From the NCBI GenBank assembly GCA_002686085.1, contig NZAC01000002.1:45920-109919 (forward strand): a stretch of DNA of 64,000 nucleotides, read 5' to 3'. The notes beneath the pieces were generated by a model. That model ran no database searches and had not been told where the DNA came from. It saw only the letters and a program-made list of their open reading frames with translations. The stretch is from Roseibacillus sp. (GTDB lineage Bacteria > Verrucomicrobiota > Verrucomicrobiia > Verrucomicrobiales > Akkermansiaceae). Shown one piece after another: positions 46,053-56,455 of the stretch. Numbering within the stretch: position 1 is the first letter of the stretch; each line of letters opens with the position of its first letter. A program made the translations under genes and the position numbers.

Positions 46053-48416
46053 ATGCTATGGACGAGGGAGATGACTCGGGCTCAACTGTTTGAGCGCACT
46101 CTAAGGGATGCGCTTGATGAAGACGCGCTGGCCGAATTGGCCAGACGGCGGGAGGAAGACCCCGAATTCGCAGCAAAGTTTGACGCCGATCTTGTGGCAA
46201 CGGGAAAGTTTCGTGAAACCAAGGATGGAGTGGTGAGAATCGAGGGAGATCAGCCCAGCTCCCGAAAGCGCCCCAAGTTGATTACTGCGGTCGACCCAGA
46301 AACGGAAGGAGCTACTCCGGCACCCAAGCTGATCATGGGAGCATCCGCCGAGATGCCGAAAGCTTTGCAGTTTCTGGGCGTCGGAGAGGAGCCTCCTCCT
46401 GACTTTTACACGGATAAGCCGAATCCCATGGTGGGCGAGCGCGTAAATGAGGAGCGATTGCCTGAGAACGAATCTGGGGATCTCTCTGCGGTGCATGGGA
46501 GCGCTGCTGCTCCGGCGACTCTGGGCGATGATGAGGGAGCTCGAGCCCCCGAAGAGGATCCTCTCACCGTGCAAACAGGGGTGGAGGATCAAATTTCGGA
46601 GGAGAGTGCCGAAATGGCTCAACTACCTCCAGTCGGGGCTGCTACCAGAGAGGAGCTATCGCGGGTGGGTGGACCTTCCGTCGAAGCGGCGGAGGTGTCG
46701 GGACACGCCGATAATTTAGGCGAATGCCACCAAGCTCAGAGCGAGCACGATCGTGAGGGTTCGCGTAGGGCGATCGATAGTGAGCCTGATACGTCACCAC
46801 CACCTGCGCCCGCGTCACCACCACCTGCGCCCGCGTCATCTCCACCTGCACCTGCGTCATCTCCACCTGTACCTGCGTCACCTCCGCCTGCACCTGCGTC
46901 ACCTCCGCCTGCACCTGCGTCACCTCCGCCTGCGCCTGCGTCACCTCCGCCTGCACCTGCGTCACCTCCACCTGCACCTGCGTCACCTCCGCCTGCACTT
47001 GTGCCCCCTTCGCCCGCACCAGTCTCGCAGCAGTCTCATCAGCCATCTGCGATACCCGTCAGGCCTCTACAGGCCAAAATTATTCCTCCAGAGCCTGGCG
47101 ATCCTGCCTACGAGTATTTTCAGAATGTTGCGGAGTCCTACGGGCAGCAATATGGAGCAGGGGATCCCAATGCGGGAATCCTGCAGGGCCAGAACCCTCC
47201 GCAGAGACTACGGTCTGCCAAGCAGAGCACCTCGAAAGTCTTTGTTGGCATTGCGATCCTGTTATTGCTTGGGATTATTGGAGCTCTCTTCTTTGGGATG
47301 AACCGGATGACGCCTCGTCCATCAGAGGGAGCGGGCGTGATTGCGAAGGTGGACTTTATACAGGGAGAAGCCGTCCTTCTTCGAAAGGTTGGTAGCCAGA
47401 GCCGGCTTGAAAACGGTTATGAACTTCGAGAGGGCGATGTCATCACGGTTCGCGAGGGATTCTTACGAGTCGCCTACGTTGAGGAGAAAACGTATCTGCA
47501 CATTCGATCCGGAAGTGAGATTACGCTCAAAAAGCAAAACAAAGGTAAGCAGGTCAGAGTTGGGCGGGGCGTGATAACCTTGGACGTTGCGCCGCAACCG
47601 GTTGGGCAACCAATGGTAGTGCTGGGAGGAAATGCTACAGTGACTTTGGAAAGCGCGCGAGTAACAGTGCTCAGCGGCGCACAGGCAACGAGGGTGGAAG
47701 TATCGGAGGGATCGGCCGAGGTTGTGCGTCCACGAGATGGGGCTACTTTACAGATCATTGCGGGAGGGTGGACTGAGGTGAATGAACAGGCTCTGCCAAG
47801 AGCATGGAGCTTTCTGGCGGGAGTGAATCTGAACGGTGGCGAAGTGGCAGTAGATGGAGGAAGGTGGCTTTCATACGCCAAGGCCCAGTCAGAGGGATTC
47901 GAGGTTGGAATAGAGGGCAAGGAGGGGAGTGTAGAGACAACAATTTCGACGCAGCAACCGCTGGGATACGTCTCGGGTGCGGGATTGCAGGGTATGCTGA
48001 TGAGTAAGGTCTCAGTCAACAACGCGACAATGTCGCTTCGGTGGCCTAGAGAGAATGGTCTGTATCAGGTTTACGTCTGGATGATGGAGGATGAGGGGAA
48101 TTCGGTGCGGTCGCTACGCCTGAACGTGGAGAACAAGAAGATCCCGGAGGAACTAGGTAGGAAGCAGACTTTGGGTGCGTGGAACCGCTATGGGCCCTAC
48201 CGCGCGGAGGTTAAGGATGGGAGCTTGGATCTTCTTCTCAGTGCGAACTCGAAATTCGAGAGCAAGACTCCCCATCTATCTGGAATAGCGATCTATGGGC
48301 TCGCAGGAACGGGAGCCACCGCGGGGCTTCCAGAGGAGAGAGCCGTCGGTGCCTTGGAAGTTGATTCGAGCTTCAGGGGTAGTAATCTGGCGACGGAGCC
48401 AACGGTGCCGGACTGA
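46053..48416 (+). CDS. membrane protein with acidic/Pro-rich cytoplasmic region, FecR-like and malectin-like domains (anti-sigma-like architecture)
   Basis: TM helix VFVGIAILLLLGIIGALFFGM. FecR-like region GEAVLLRKVGSQSRLENGYELREGDVITVREG. Malectin-like C-terminus (NLNGGEVAVDGGRWL...YQVYVWMMEDEG...HLSGIAIYG). The ATG at 46053 follows GGAG; the ORF-track GTG at 45921 is also possible. Confidence 0.6.
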   Translation: MLWTREMTRAQLFERTLRDALDEDALAELARRREEDPEFAAKFDADLVATGKFRETKDGVVRIEGDQPSSRKRPKLITAVDPETEGATPAPKLIMGASAEMPKALQFLGVGEEPPPDFYTDKPNPMVGERVNEERLPENESGDLSAVHGSAAAPATLGDDEGARAPEEDPLTVQTGVEDQISEESAEMAQLPPVGAATREELSRVGGPSVEAAEVSGHADNLGECHQAQSEHDREGSRRAIDSEPDTSPPPAPASPPPAPASSPPAPASSPPVPASPPPAPASPPPAPASPPPAPASPPPAPASPPPAPASPPPALVPPSPAPVSQQSHQPSAIPVRPLQAKIIPPEPGDPAYEYFQNVAESYGQQYGAGDPNAGILQGQNPPQRLRSAKQSTSKVFVGIAILLLLGIIGALFFGMNRMTPRPSEGAGVIAKVDFIQGEAVLLRKVGSQSRLENGYELREGDVITVREGFLRVAYVEEKTYLHIRSGSEITLKKQNKGKQVRVGRGVITLDVAPQPVGQPMVVLGGNATVTLESARVTVLSGAQATRVEVSEGSAEVVRPRDGATLQIIAGGWTEVNEQALPRAWSFLAGVNLNGGEVAVDGGRWLSYAKAQSEGFEVGIEGKEGSVETTISTQQPLGYVSGAGLQGMLMSKVSVNNATMSLRWPRENGLYQVYVWMMEDEGNSVRSLRLNVENKKIPEELGRKQTLGAWNRYGPYRAEVKDGSLDLLLSANSKFESKTPHLSGIAIYGLAGTGATAGLPEERAVGALEVDSSFRGSNLATEPTVPD
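46794..47003 (+). repeat. 21-bp tandem repeat, about 10 units, encoding (S-P/S-P-P-A/V-P-A)n
   Basis: The unit tcaccaccacctgcgcccgcg and close variants run head to tail in frame. The translation is SPPPAPA x2, SSPPAPA, SSPPVPA, SPPPAPA x5, then a degenerate SPPPALV. Confidence 0.9.
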
Positions 48417-48425
48417 TGGGCAAGC

Positions 48426-49298
48426 TTATTGCTGTTGCCGTGGGATCAGCTTGGTAACGAAGGCAGTTCCCAGGAGTGCTACCACCATTCCGAGGGTCAT
48501 CCGGCTGGTGATTTCCTCGGCGAGGAAGAGCGATCCCCAGAGAATACCAAAGACCGGGATCACAAAGGTAACCGTGGTTGCAGCTGTCGCCCCATTTCGT
48601 TTGAGTAGATCGAAGAAGAGGAGAAAGGCAGAGGCTGTGCAGAGAAGGCCGAGGGCCAGCAGGCTGAAGATAGTAGCGGATCCAAGCGCTTGTGCCGGGC
48701 TGAAGAGAATGGCGAATGGAAGCAGGGCAAGTGTTGAAGCGAGAAGGCTTCCGGCCGAAACCGCGAGGGGAGAGACACCAGGGAGCCTGATCTTGGCATA
48801 GTGTCCAGCGTAGGCATAGCAGCAGGTAGCACAGAGGACCGCGACAATAGGCCACCCGGCCCCATCCTTGGAAAAGTCGAGCTGATTGCCGGTAAGAATT
48901 GTGATTCCAGAGAGACCTATCGCAAGGCCAAGGACCTGAAGTCGCGAGAGAGGAATACGGAGCCACAAGAGCCCCATGACGGCAGCGCAGATCGGAGTGG
49001 TAGCATTCAGAAGCGAGGTAAACCCCGCCTCGAGATGGAGTGAAGCCCAGCAGAGAAGGGAAAAGGGCAGGGCGGAGTTAAAAATCCCCAGGATGAGAAG
49101 AGAACACTTATGGGAACTGAGAGCATTGCGATGCTTCACTCGCAGAAGGAAAGGCGCGAGAGCCACTGCTGCAATGGCAACGCGGGCGAAGGTTGTGAGG
49201 AAGGGCCCCAGCTCGGGAGCAGTGATCCGCATGAAGAGAAACGATGCTCCCCAGATCGCGGAAAGGAGTATCAACTTGATGACGTCGCCCGGGCTCAC
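48426..49298 (-). CDS. EamA/DMT-family transporter
   Basis: About 10 TM segments with a duplicated EamA-like pattern (LLSAIWGASFLFMRI... and ...FLAEEITSRMTLGMVVALLG). Confidence 0.8.
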   Translation of the reverse strand: MSPGDVIKLILLSAIWGASFLFMRITAPELGPFLTTFARVAIAAVALAPFLLRVKHRNALSSHKCSLLILGIFNSALPFSLLCWASLHLEAGFTSLLNATTPICAAVMGLLWLRIPLSRLQVLGLAIGLSGITILTGNQLDFSKDGAGWPIVAVLCATCCYAYAGHYAKIRLPGVSPLAVSAGSLLASTLALLPFAILFSPAQALGSATIFSLLALGLLCTASAFLLFFDLLKRNGATAATTVTFVIPVFGILWGSLFLAEEITSRMTLGMVVALLGTAFVTKLIPRQQQ

Positions 49299-49460
49299 CT
49301 GTTCACCGTAAAGTTTTCCCGTAGGAGTTCTGGGTTGCCTTAGGAGAAGAGAGCGTGCGGGTCGGTCTCGTCCCTAAAGCGGAGAGCGGGGAGTGTTCTG
49401 GGACGGGGGATTCCGCAAGGAGAAGTTCTCCAACCGTGCGAAAGACGCTCCGACCCTCTC

Positions 49461-50780
49461 CTAAGTCAGCTTAAGAGGCCCGTCCTTGCTCTGGGACTTG
49501 TTGCCAAAGTGCTCAATCTCATGACCAAAGGAATGAGCCAGAGAGATGAGAAGCCGGTTGTGAGGTTGGCCGCCAAAATTGTGAGACAGCCCCATTTTGA
49601 AGCCCGATCCACCTCCCAGGAGAAGGAAGGGAATATCGTTCTGGCTATGAGAGTTTCCCTTACCGAGTTCGTTGGTCCACATTATAGTGGTATGATCGAG
49701 CATCGAGCCTTCGGCTCCGGGTTCGGGCAGGCTGTCCAGCTTTGAAGCAAGGTAGGCGATCTCTCCGGCGAACCACTTATTGATCCGGAGAAGCTTCTCC
49801 TGAGCGGCATTGTTTTTGTCGGGCTCGTGGGAAAGGCTGTGGTGCCCCTCGTTGACGTCAAGCCATCTCATGCGTGCCTGCCCCACCGATCGCATATACT
49901 GGAGACTTGCTACCCTGCACATGTCATTTGCCAGCGAATTGACAAGCAGGTCAATCTGCATCCTGCTGATTTCCGGAGTGTTGTCGTTGACCAGTTCGAT
50001 ATTGGGATCCAGCTCGGGTTCTGGGTGGACGAGAGTGTTTCCGCTTTCGGCAGCCTTAAGCTCACTCTCCATCGCACGCACCAGCTCAAGGTGATCCTTG
50101 AGTCTCTGTTGGTCTTCACTGCTGATCCTTGAGGAAACCTTGCTCAAGTCTTCGCTTACATCATCAAGGAGCCCTGCAAGGGTTGCCCGGTCCTTGTTTT
50201 GACCGTAGAGACGGTTCAGCATCTGGTAGGGATCGTCAACAGGAGCCACGGGCTTGTTCGATCCGGCGTAAACCATCCGCGTCCAGTTGTCGGCCCGAGC
50301 TGGCACTGCTACCCCGAACTCGAGGGATCCGAAGCGGGTGCGGGTTGCGGGGTTTCTCTGAAGGAAGTTCCTGATCTCCTGATCGATCGAGATGCCACTT
50401 GCCCACCCTGCCGGTGAGTCTGATCCACCCTGAATATTTCCAGGAAGCAGTTCGATGCCGGTGAGCAGGCAGCTCATACCCCGCTGATGGCCGTCGCCGT
50501 CACCACGAATTTTGTTATTCAGCCCCTTAAGCATGAGCATGCGGTCCTTGTAGGGAGCAAGCGGCTGCAGGATGGACTTAAGCTCTTTCAACGGGCCGGG
50601 AGAATCCTGCCAAAAATGGGGAGGAAGAGTCCCATTGGGAGAGAACACGATGATCAGGCGTTGTCGTCTGGTCTCGTTTTGGGCCGCCTGCAGACTCGGG
50701 AGACCGGCTACAAAAGGCAGTGATGCACCCGATAAACCGAGGTCTCGGAGGAAGCTGCGGCGGCTGCGCGGTATTGTCAT
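49461..50780 (-). CDS. DUF1552-family protein with a Tat signal
   Basis: Twin-arginine signal [27 protein letters not shown]. Its size and its pairing with an upstream DUF1592-type gene are typical of this family. Confidence 0.65.
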   Translation of the reverse strand: MTIPRSRRSFLRDLGLSGASLPFVAGLPSLQAAQNETRRQRLIIVFSPNGTLPPHFWQDSPGPLKELKSILQPLAPYKDRMLMLKGLNNKIRGDGDGHQRGMSCLLTGIELLPGNIQGGSDSPAGWASGISIDQEIRNFLQRNPATRTRFGSLEFGVAVPARADNWTRMVYAGSNKPVAPVDDPYQMLNRLYGQNKDRATLAGLLDDVSEDLSKVSSRISSEDQQRLKDHLELVRAMESELKAAESGNTLVHPEPELDPNIELVNDNTPEISRMQIDLLVNSLANDMCRVASLQYMRSVGQARMRWLDVNEGHHSLSHEPDKNNAAQEKLLRINKWFAGEIAYLASKLDSLPEPGAEGSMLDHTTIMWTNELGKGNSHSQNDIPFLLLGGGSGFKMGLSHNFGGQPHNRLLISLAHSFGHEIEHFGNKSQSKDGPLKLT

Positions 50781-50800
50781 TGGTCCGGGAATGAAGCCGC

Positions 50801-53092
50801 TTATTTCGCGGCGAACGGTTTGGTTTCAGCTGTATGGCTTACTGCCACCTTGGTTAATTCTACGAGCAAACTCCTGATATTGTAACCAGATTTTACGAAT
50901 TTTGCATGCAGTGAGGCTTTCGTGTCAGCGCCATAGGCATTGATGGACTGCTTGGTAAAGTGGTGGAACAGCTGGGTAATGAAGGCTTCGTGGGCCAATC
51001 GGCTTCCGGCAGCCATGGTGGCGACATCGTGGATGCTGCGGATCGGAATCTCTCTCTCATTCTCGTTGACGTAGCGGGTGACCGTGTCGACTGGCTTTCT
51101 ATTATCCTTGAGCCGGTGGCGACCGACGGCATCGAAGTTTTCAAGGCTGAATCCCACAGGATTGATGACCCGGTGGCATTCCATGCATGAGGTCGCCTTG
51201 GTGAGCTGGGTAATCTTTTCGCGCATGGTCAGGGCCGGGTCGAATTCGTCGTCTTTGAACGCGACTGCCTCGACGGGCGGCTTGAGAAGGCGGCCGAGGA
51301 CGTTTCGGCTGATGAAGACACCCCGGTGAATGGGCGAGGTGTTGTTGTGGTAGGCATGAGCAGCAAGCAGGAACGGATGAGTGAGAATACCGGAGTTAGG
51401 CCTGTTGGGGAGGGTTACTTTTCGCAACGCTTCACCCTGCAGAGGCTCAGCTCCATAAAAAGTGGCAAGGCGCTCATTCAGGAAGATGTTTTTGTTGAGC
51501 AAGAGGTCCCGGTAGTCGGAGCGATCACTCCAGACCACCTCATCGACAAAATGCTCCAGCGACCGTCGCAGATCCCTCACGAGGCGCTCGTCGAAACCGG
51601 GGAAAAGGTCGGGATCCTTCCGGAGGTCATGCTGCTCGTCTAGAGCCAGCCACTCTCGGAAGAATCCCTGCATCTTTCTCCTCGTCTTATTGCTGAGAAT
51701 CATGCGCTGGATCTGAGTGGTAATCTGCTCTGGGCTTTGAAGGGAGCCCTCGCCGGCGGCGTGGAGGAGCTTTTTGTCGGGGAGCCCATCCCAGAGGGTC
51801 AGGGCCAGGCGCGATGCCACGGTGAAGTTGTCCGGGCGCCCATTGTTATCGGCGAGTCCCGGGTAGAGAAAGCGGGGAGAGGTCAGGACCAGCAGCATGG
51901 AATGCCGGAGTGCAACCATTGGGTCGGGCTGATGGTTGAACCGGCTGTCAACGAACCTCTCCTGCTGCTCTGCGTCAAGAGGCCGCCTGAATGCCCGGGC
52001 AGCGAATTGGTGGGCGTAGGAGCGAAGGGTCGCCGGGTCCTTACGCTGTTCCTTGCTCAGTCCAGAGACCGTGCCAAGATAGGTGATGAGGTGATTGACC
52101 AGTTCGACAGCGGCATAGGTGGAGGCCCGCTGCCATTCCTTCGAGACTCCGGAACCACGTTCATAGCCAAGACTGCGATCATCCGGGGGAAACTTGGTTC
52201 CAACTACCGTGACGGTGTCGAGGACCTCAGGCATGAGGTAGTCATTAGGGATGGCCTCCCAGATTCCACCGGGAGGTTTCCACTCAAGGTGTAGAGATGC
52301 CACCTTCTCCTTGTAGGTGAAGTAGCGCAGATAGACCGGATAGCCCCGACCTCCTAGCAGGAATTTACTCCCTGACTTTTCGTGGGACTCGTTCCTTGTG
52401 CTTACGTAGGCGTCAATAAAGGAGTTCTTGTCGTCATCTCCACGGAATGAGTTCAGCAGGAAGAGAGCGCTGTTGTGGGTTCTCACCCGGAACTGGTAGA
52501 GGCCTGTTACCGGGGCAAGAAGGGAGCCCGACCAGCGGACCGAAAAACCAGTTTGGTTGATTTTGTCAGCCGGAACCCCACCTCCCCAGTTGAAATCGAT
52601 GGTGGGATCGATCCGGTCCAGGACGTGTTCTTTCTCCTTGTTCATCTTTTCGACATTAAAGTAGCGCCCTCGGAGGCCCCGTTCTGGCACGAGAGTCTGG
52701 GGCCGTTTGAAGGACTCAATGAGATCCGCTGCAGATTGCCTGAACTGTTCGTTTGTCAGCCGTAGAAGTTCGACTCGTGGGGGGCGATTGCGGAGCTGTG
52801 CCGCCGGGCTGTAGAATTCCTCGTGAATATACCGGGCCACGGCATGGGCATCCTCATCGACCACCGTGTCCTCTTTTTCCTCAGGCATCGACCGGTGAAT
52901 GTAGCGAGCGAGGGACTCTACCGACTTGCGCCCCCAAAGTGGCTCTTCGTATTCACCGTCGGCTCCCTGTCCGTTGTCTCCATGGCAAGAGGCGCAGTGA
53001 GTGACGTAGATTTTCCTGCCATCAGGCTGTCCGAGAGCGCTTCCTGTCATCAGGAGCGCTATCAGGATAAACCGGAGGTGGAGTAATCGCAT
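50801..53092 (-). CDS. DUF1592/DUF1588-type protein with an N-terminal cytochrome-c motif and a PA14-like insert
   Basis: CxxCH motif (CASCHGDNG). PA14-like region [12 protein letters not shown]...[21 protein letters not shown]. Conserved [25 protein letters not shown]. Confidence 0.7.
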   Translation of the reverse strand: MRLLHLRFILIALLMTGSALGQPDGRKIYVTHCASCHGDNGQGADGEYEEPLWGRKSVESLARYIHRSMPEEKEDTVVDEDAHAVARYIHEEFYSPAAQLRNRPPRVELLRLTNEQFRQSAADLIESFKRPQTLVPERGLRGRYFNVEKMNKEKEHVLDRIDPTIDFNWGGGVPADKINQTGFSVRWSGSLLAPVTGLYQFRVRTHNSALFLLNSFRGDDDKNSFIDAYVSTRNESHEKSGSKFLLGGRGYPVYLRYFTYKEKVASLHLEWKPPGGIWEAIPNDYLMPEVLDTVTVVGTKFPPDDRSLGYERGSGVSKEWQRASTYAAVELVNHLITYLGTVSGLSKEQRKDPATLRSYAHQFAARAFRRPLDAEQQERFVDSRFNHQPDPMVALRHSMLLVLTSPRFLYPGLADNNGRPDNFTVASRLALTLWDGLPDKKLLHAAGEGSLQSPEQITTQIQRMILSNKTRRKMQGFFREWLALDEQHDLRKDPDLFPGFDERLVRDLRRSLEHFVDEVVWSDRSDYRDLLLNKNIFLNERLATFYGAEPLQGEALRKVTLPNRPNSGILTHPFLLAAHAYHNNTSPIHRGVFISRNVLGRLLKPPVEAVAFKDDEFDPALTMREKITQLTKATSCMECHRVINPVGFSLENFDAVGRHRLKDNRKPVDTVTRYVNENEREIPIRSIHDVATMAAGSRLAHEAFITQLFHHFTKQSINAYGADTKASLHAKFVKSGYNIRSLLVELTKVAVSHTAETKPFAAK

Positions 53093-53249
53093 GGATGCTA
53101 TCTGAATACGGTGCCAAGCGGGGAATATTTCGTCCGTCGGTTAGGTCATTATACCCCACAACTGGGATGATTGAACTTCCTTCTGGGCGGAATGTCTCTT
53201 TGGAGAGTGGAAGTGGTCGCTTGAGCGTAGCCGAGCAGGGATTTTGGCC

Positions 53250-54758
53250 CTATTTCGATAGCTTGAGAGGATAGCGGGTGCTTATAGTGCGATCGGTAAG
53301 GAAGGCTTTTTCGAGTCGTCGCAGCACTGCCGGGTGCTTCTGGGCAAGATTTGTGGCCTCCGCAGGATCCTGATCGAGATTATAGAGTTCCCACGGCCCG
53401 GGCTTTTTGGTGCGCACGTTTTGACGCACGGCCTTCCATTTGCCCTCCATGACGGCAAGCTGCCCGCGGTATCCATGGAACTCCCAGATCATCGGCTTAC
53501 GGCGGTGGAAGGGCTTGGGCTTGCCCGTATTGCGAATGAGCGGTAACAGGCTGTCTCCGTCGAGGCTGTCGGGGTGCGGGGCTCCTGCGACATCACAGAG
53601 GGAGGGAAACCAGTCGGGGAAATAGCAAGGAGTATTGTCGGTCGTTCCCGGGCGGGTCAGTCCCGGCCAGCGCACGACGCATGGCACTCGCATTCCCCCC
53701 TCGTAGACGCTTCCCTTGAATCCGCGGAGACCGGCAGTGGAATTGAAAAAGTCGGCATCGACGCCGCCCACACCAAAGTTGGGATCCCGGGAACGGTGGG
53801 TGGTCCCATTGTCCGAAGTGAAGATGACAATGGTGTTCTCGACGAGGTCATGCTTCTCGAGCCGTTTCAGGATCGCTCCAACATGCTCATCGAGATCTGA
53901 GATCATTGCCGCATAGCCTGCCCGCGGACGGGGATGGGGAAGGTAGCCATTCTGCCCCCTGTAGGGCCCTTTTTCCGTGTCCCACTCCTTCGGGTAGCGG
54001 TCGACCCACTCTGCTGGGGGGTGCATGGCGACGTGGGGTTCAACAAATGGGCAATAAAGAAAGAAGGGGCCCTTTTTGTGAGCATCAATGAATTTGAGAG
54101 CCTCTTCGAGAATGCGGTCTGGCGCGTAGGTCTTTGCCCGGTAATCATCGGCAACGATCTCGCCTTCGGGCTTTCGCTGATGCCCGCGAATGGGGTTGCT
54201 ATTGATAGGATCAATTCCCTCATCGTCATCAAGGAAGGGCGGGAAGAATGAGTGGGCGTTACGCTGGCAGTTGTAGCCATAAAAGCGGTCAAACCCCTGT
54301 CGAATCGGCGAGCCGGAGGTGTCAGTGGGTCCAAGGCCCCATTTCCCGAAGCCTCCGGTCGCGTAGCCTTTCTCCTTCAATGCCTCAGCAATGGTGATGG
54401 CCTTTGCGCTGATTGGCCACTGTCCGGGAAACGGCTTGCCGTTCCCGGAGTCTCCGTTATTGCGAATCTCAGCGTGGCCGAGATGGCGGCCAGTCATCAG
54501 GACGCAGCGGGCTGGGGCACAAACCGGGGCCCCGGTGTAGTGCCGGAGGAATCGGACCCCCTCGCTTGCCAGTCGGTCGATGTTGGGAGTTTTGATTTTC
54601 TTCTGGCCGTAGCAGCCCAGTTCGCCCCACCCAAGATCGTCAGCGAGGATGAAAACAATATTGGATCCGGTGCGGGTAGCCTCGGTGGCCGAGACCTTTG
54701 TATGCAAGAGGGACAGAGAACAGAGTGCAAAAATTTTTAGGAAAAGGGGAGCCTTCAT
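53250..54758 (-). CDS. arylsulfatase (S1 formylglycine-dependent sulfatase)
   Basis: Signal peptide, ILADDLGWG, and the active-site CAPARCVLMTGR (C-x-P-x-R). Confidence 0.85.
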   Translation of the reverse strand: MKAPLFLKIFALCSLSLLHTKVSATEATRTGSNIVFILADDLGWGELGCYGQKKIKTPNIDRLASEGVRFLRHYTGAPVCAPARCVLMTGRHLGHAEIRNNGDSGNGKPFPGQWPISAKAITIAEALKEKGYATGGFGKWGLGPTDTSGSPIRQGFDRFYGYNCQRNAHSFFPPFLDDDEGIDPINSNPIRGHQRKPEGEIVADDYRAKTYAPDRILEEALKFIDAHKKGPFFLYCPFVEPHVAMHPPAEWVDRYPKEWDTEKGPYRGQNGYLPHPRPRAGYAAMISDLDEHVGAILKRLEKHDLVENTIVIFTSDNGTTHRSRDPNFGVGGVDADFFNSTAGLRGFKGSVYEGGMRVPCVVRWPGLTRPGTTDNTPCYFPDWFPSLCDVAGAPHPDSLDGDSLLPLIRNTGKPKPFHRRKPMIWEFHGYRGQLAVMEGKWKAVRQNVRTKKPGPWELYNLDQDPAEATNLAQKHPAVLRRLEKAFLTDRTISTRYPLKLSK

Positions 54759-54816
54759 GAATTGCTAAAAGTGTTTGGATGAGGGGCAGAGCAAGGGCGA
54801 GCTGTGGGGAGGGGTT

Positions 54817-56268
54817 CTAGTTCTTCTTGCGCTTTTTGCTCCGGTTGAAGTTGGCTTTGCGCGTGTGGGCAATTTCTTCCGTCGTGGCACCCTTGTCGCC
54901 CTGAGACTTCATCCAGCTATCGAGCTGGGTTGAGAGCTCTTTTCGGACTCCTGCAAGGGCAGTATCTTCAATGAGATTGACGAGGCAGTGGGGGTCTTTT
55001 TCGACATCGTAGAGCTCTTCGGCAGGCCGTCGCTGGTATTTTTTGACCATCGCCTTAGCGTGAGGATCTCCCTTCTCAGCTTTGTCCTGCCAGCTGACCC
55101 AGAAATTGGCTTTTCCGTCTCCTCCTTTACGAGTAACAGCGTTCGTGAAGGTTGCCTCTGGGTGAAGGTTCCGGATATAGCGGTAGCGGGCATTGCCACA
55201 ACTCCGGATTCCATAGGCATCACTACCGTTGATAATGCCGCGGGTGGTCTGCAAGCCAAAGGTATATTTCTTGTGCTCACTGGCATCGCCAAGGAGAACC
55301 GGAAGGAAGGATTTACCATCGAGATCCTCAGGAGTCGCGCCCGCCGCGTCGACGAAGGTTGGTAGGAGGTCAACATACTCGACCAAGGCATTGGTGGAAG
55401 TGCCTGCCTTCACTTTTCCGGGCCAGCGGGCGATCATTCCGGAAGCGAGCCCCATTTCGAAGCAAGTCCATTTCGCGAAGGGGAAAGCCGACCCCTGCTC
55501 TGACACTACGATGACGAGGGTGTTGTCCCTGAGTCCAAAATCATCAAGCAATGAGAGCAAGGCTCCACATTGCCAGTCATAGTAGGTGATTTCGGCAAGA
55601 TACTTCGAATAGGAAGCTCTCGTGGCTGGGGTGTCCACCCACGAGGGAGGGAGCTTGAGAGATTCGGGGGGATAGGCTGAGGCGTCACCCATGGTGTACG
55701 GCGAGTGGGGTTCGTTCGAGCATGCAACAAGACAAAAGGGAGTCTCCGAAGAACGGCATTGGGCGATAAATTTCTTCAGGTTCGGGAAGAACGGCCGCGT
55801 CTCAGGCTCGTTTTTGCTGAAGTCGTTGGAATACTCAAATGGGAAGGACTCTCTGGGAGAAATATGACCTTTCCCGCTCAAGGCTACCCGATAGCCAGAG
55901 TCCCCCAGATAGTGGACGATCGATTTGGTTCCCGGGTAAACCTGAGTGTGGTTTGGCCATGCGCCAGAACGCACAGGGTAGAGCCCGGTATAGATATTGT
56001 GTCTGGTGGGAGAACACATCGGAGCCGTCTGGAAGCAGCGGTTGAAGGTAAGCCCCTCCTTGGCAAGCCGGTTCAGGTTTGGAGTTTTGGCCTGTCCACC
56101 ATAGACCTCCATATCAAGGTAGGTGCAATCGTCCGCGATCATCAGAACGATATTCGGGCGTTCTGCTGCACCGGCTATTGGAGAAGTGGCAAAAATTGTG
56201 AGAACTCCAACGAGAGTCGATAGCAGGACAGGAGGTGAGGGAAGGTTACAGGATGACAGAATCTTCAC
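54817..56268 (-). CDS. sulfatase (S1 family)
   Basis: Signal peptide, MIADDCTY, and the active-site CSPTRHNIYTG (C-x-P-x-R). Confidence 0.85.
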   Translation of the reverse strand: MKILSSCNLPSPPVLLSTLVGVLTIFATSPIAGAAERPNIVLMIADDCTYLDMEVYGGQAKTPNLNRLAKEGLTFNRCFQTAPMCSPTRHNIYTGLYPVRSGAWPNHTQVYPGTKSIVHYLGDSGYRVALSGKGHISPRESFPFEYSNDFSKNEPETRPFFPNLKKFIAQCRSSETPFCLVACSNEPHSPYTMGDASAYPPESLKLPPSWVDTPATRASYSKYLAEITYYDWQCGALLSLLDDFGLRDNTLVIVVSEQGSAFPFAKWTCFEMGLASGMIARWPGKVKAGTSTNALVEYVDLLPTFVDAAGATPEDLDGKSFLPVLLGDASEHKKYTFGLQTTRGIINGSDAYGIRSCGNARYRYIRNLHPEATFTNAVTRKGGDGKANFWVSWQDKAEKGDPHAKAMVKKYQRRPAEELYDVEKDPHCLVNLIEDTALAGVRKELSTQLDSWMKSQGDKGATTEEIAHTRKANFNRSKKRKKN

Positions 56269-56455
56269 GCCGGGATGCTACGGCCGGTTAACGGCTTGTC
56301 GATGGAGAACAGTTCATGCGGAGGCCTTGAATTTGAGTCCTGCAGAAAAGCGGCAACTTTACCCTTCACGCTTGTCCGTTTCTGCTCCTTGGCCGGCCTC
56401 GTTTTATACCTCAGACCGAGGTCTCTGCGTGGCCTCAGAAGCCTGGGCAGTCGAC

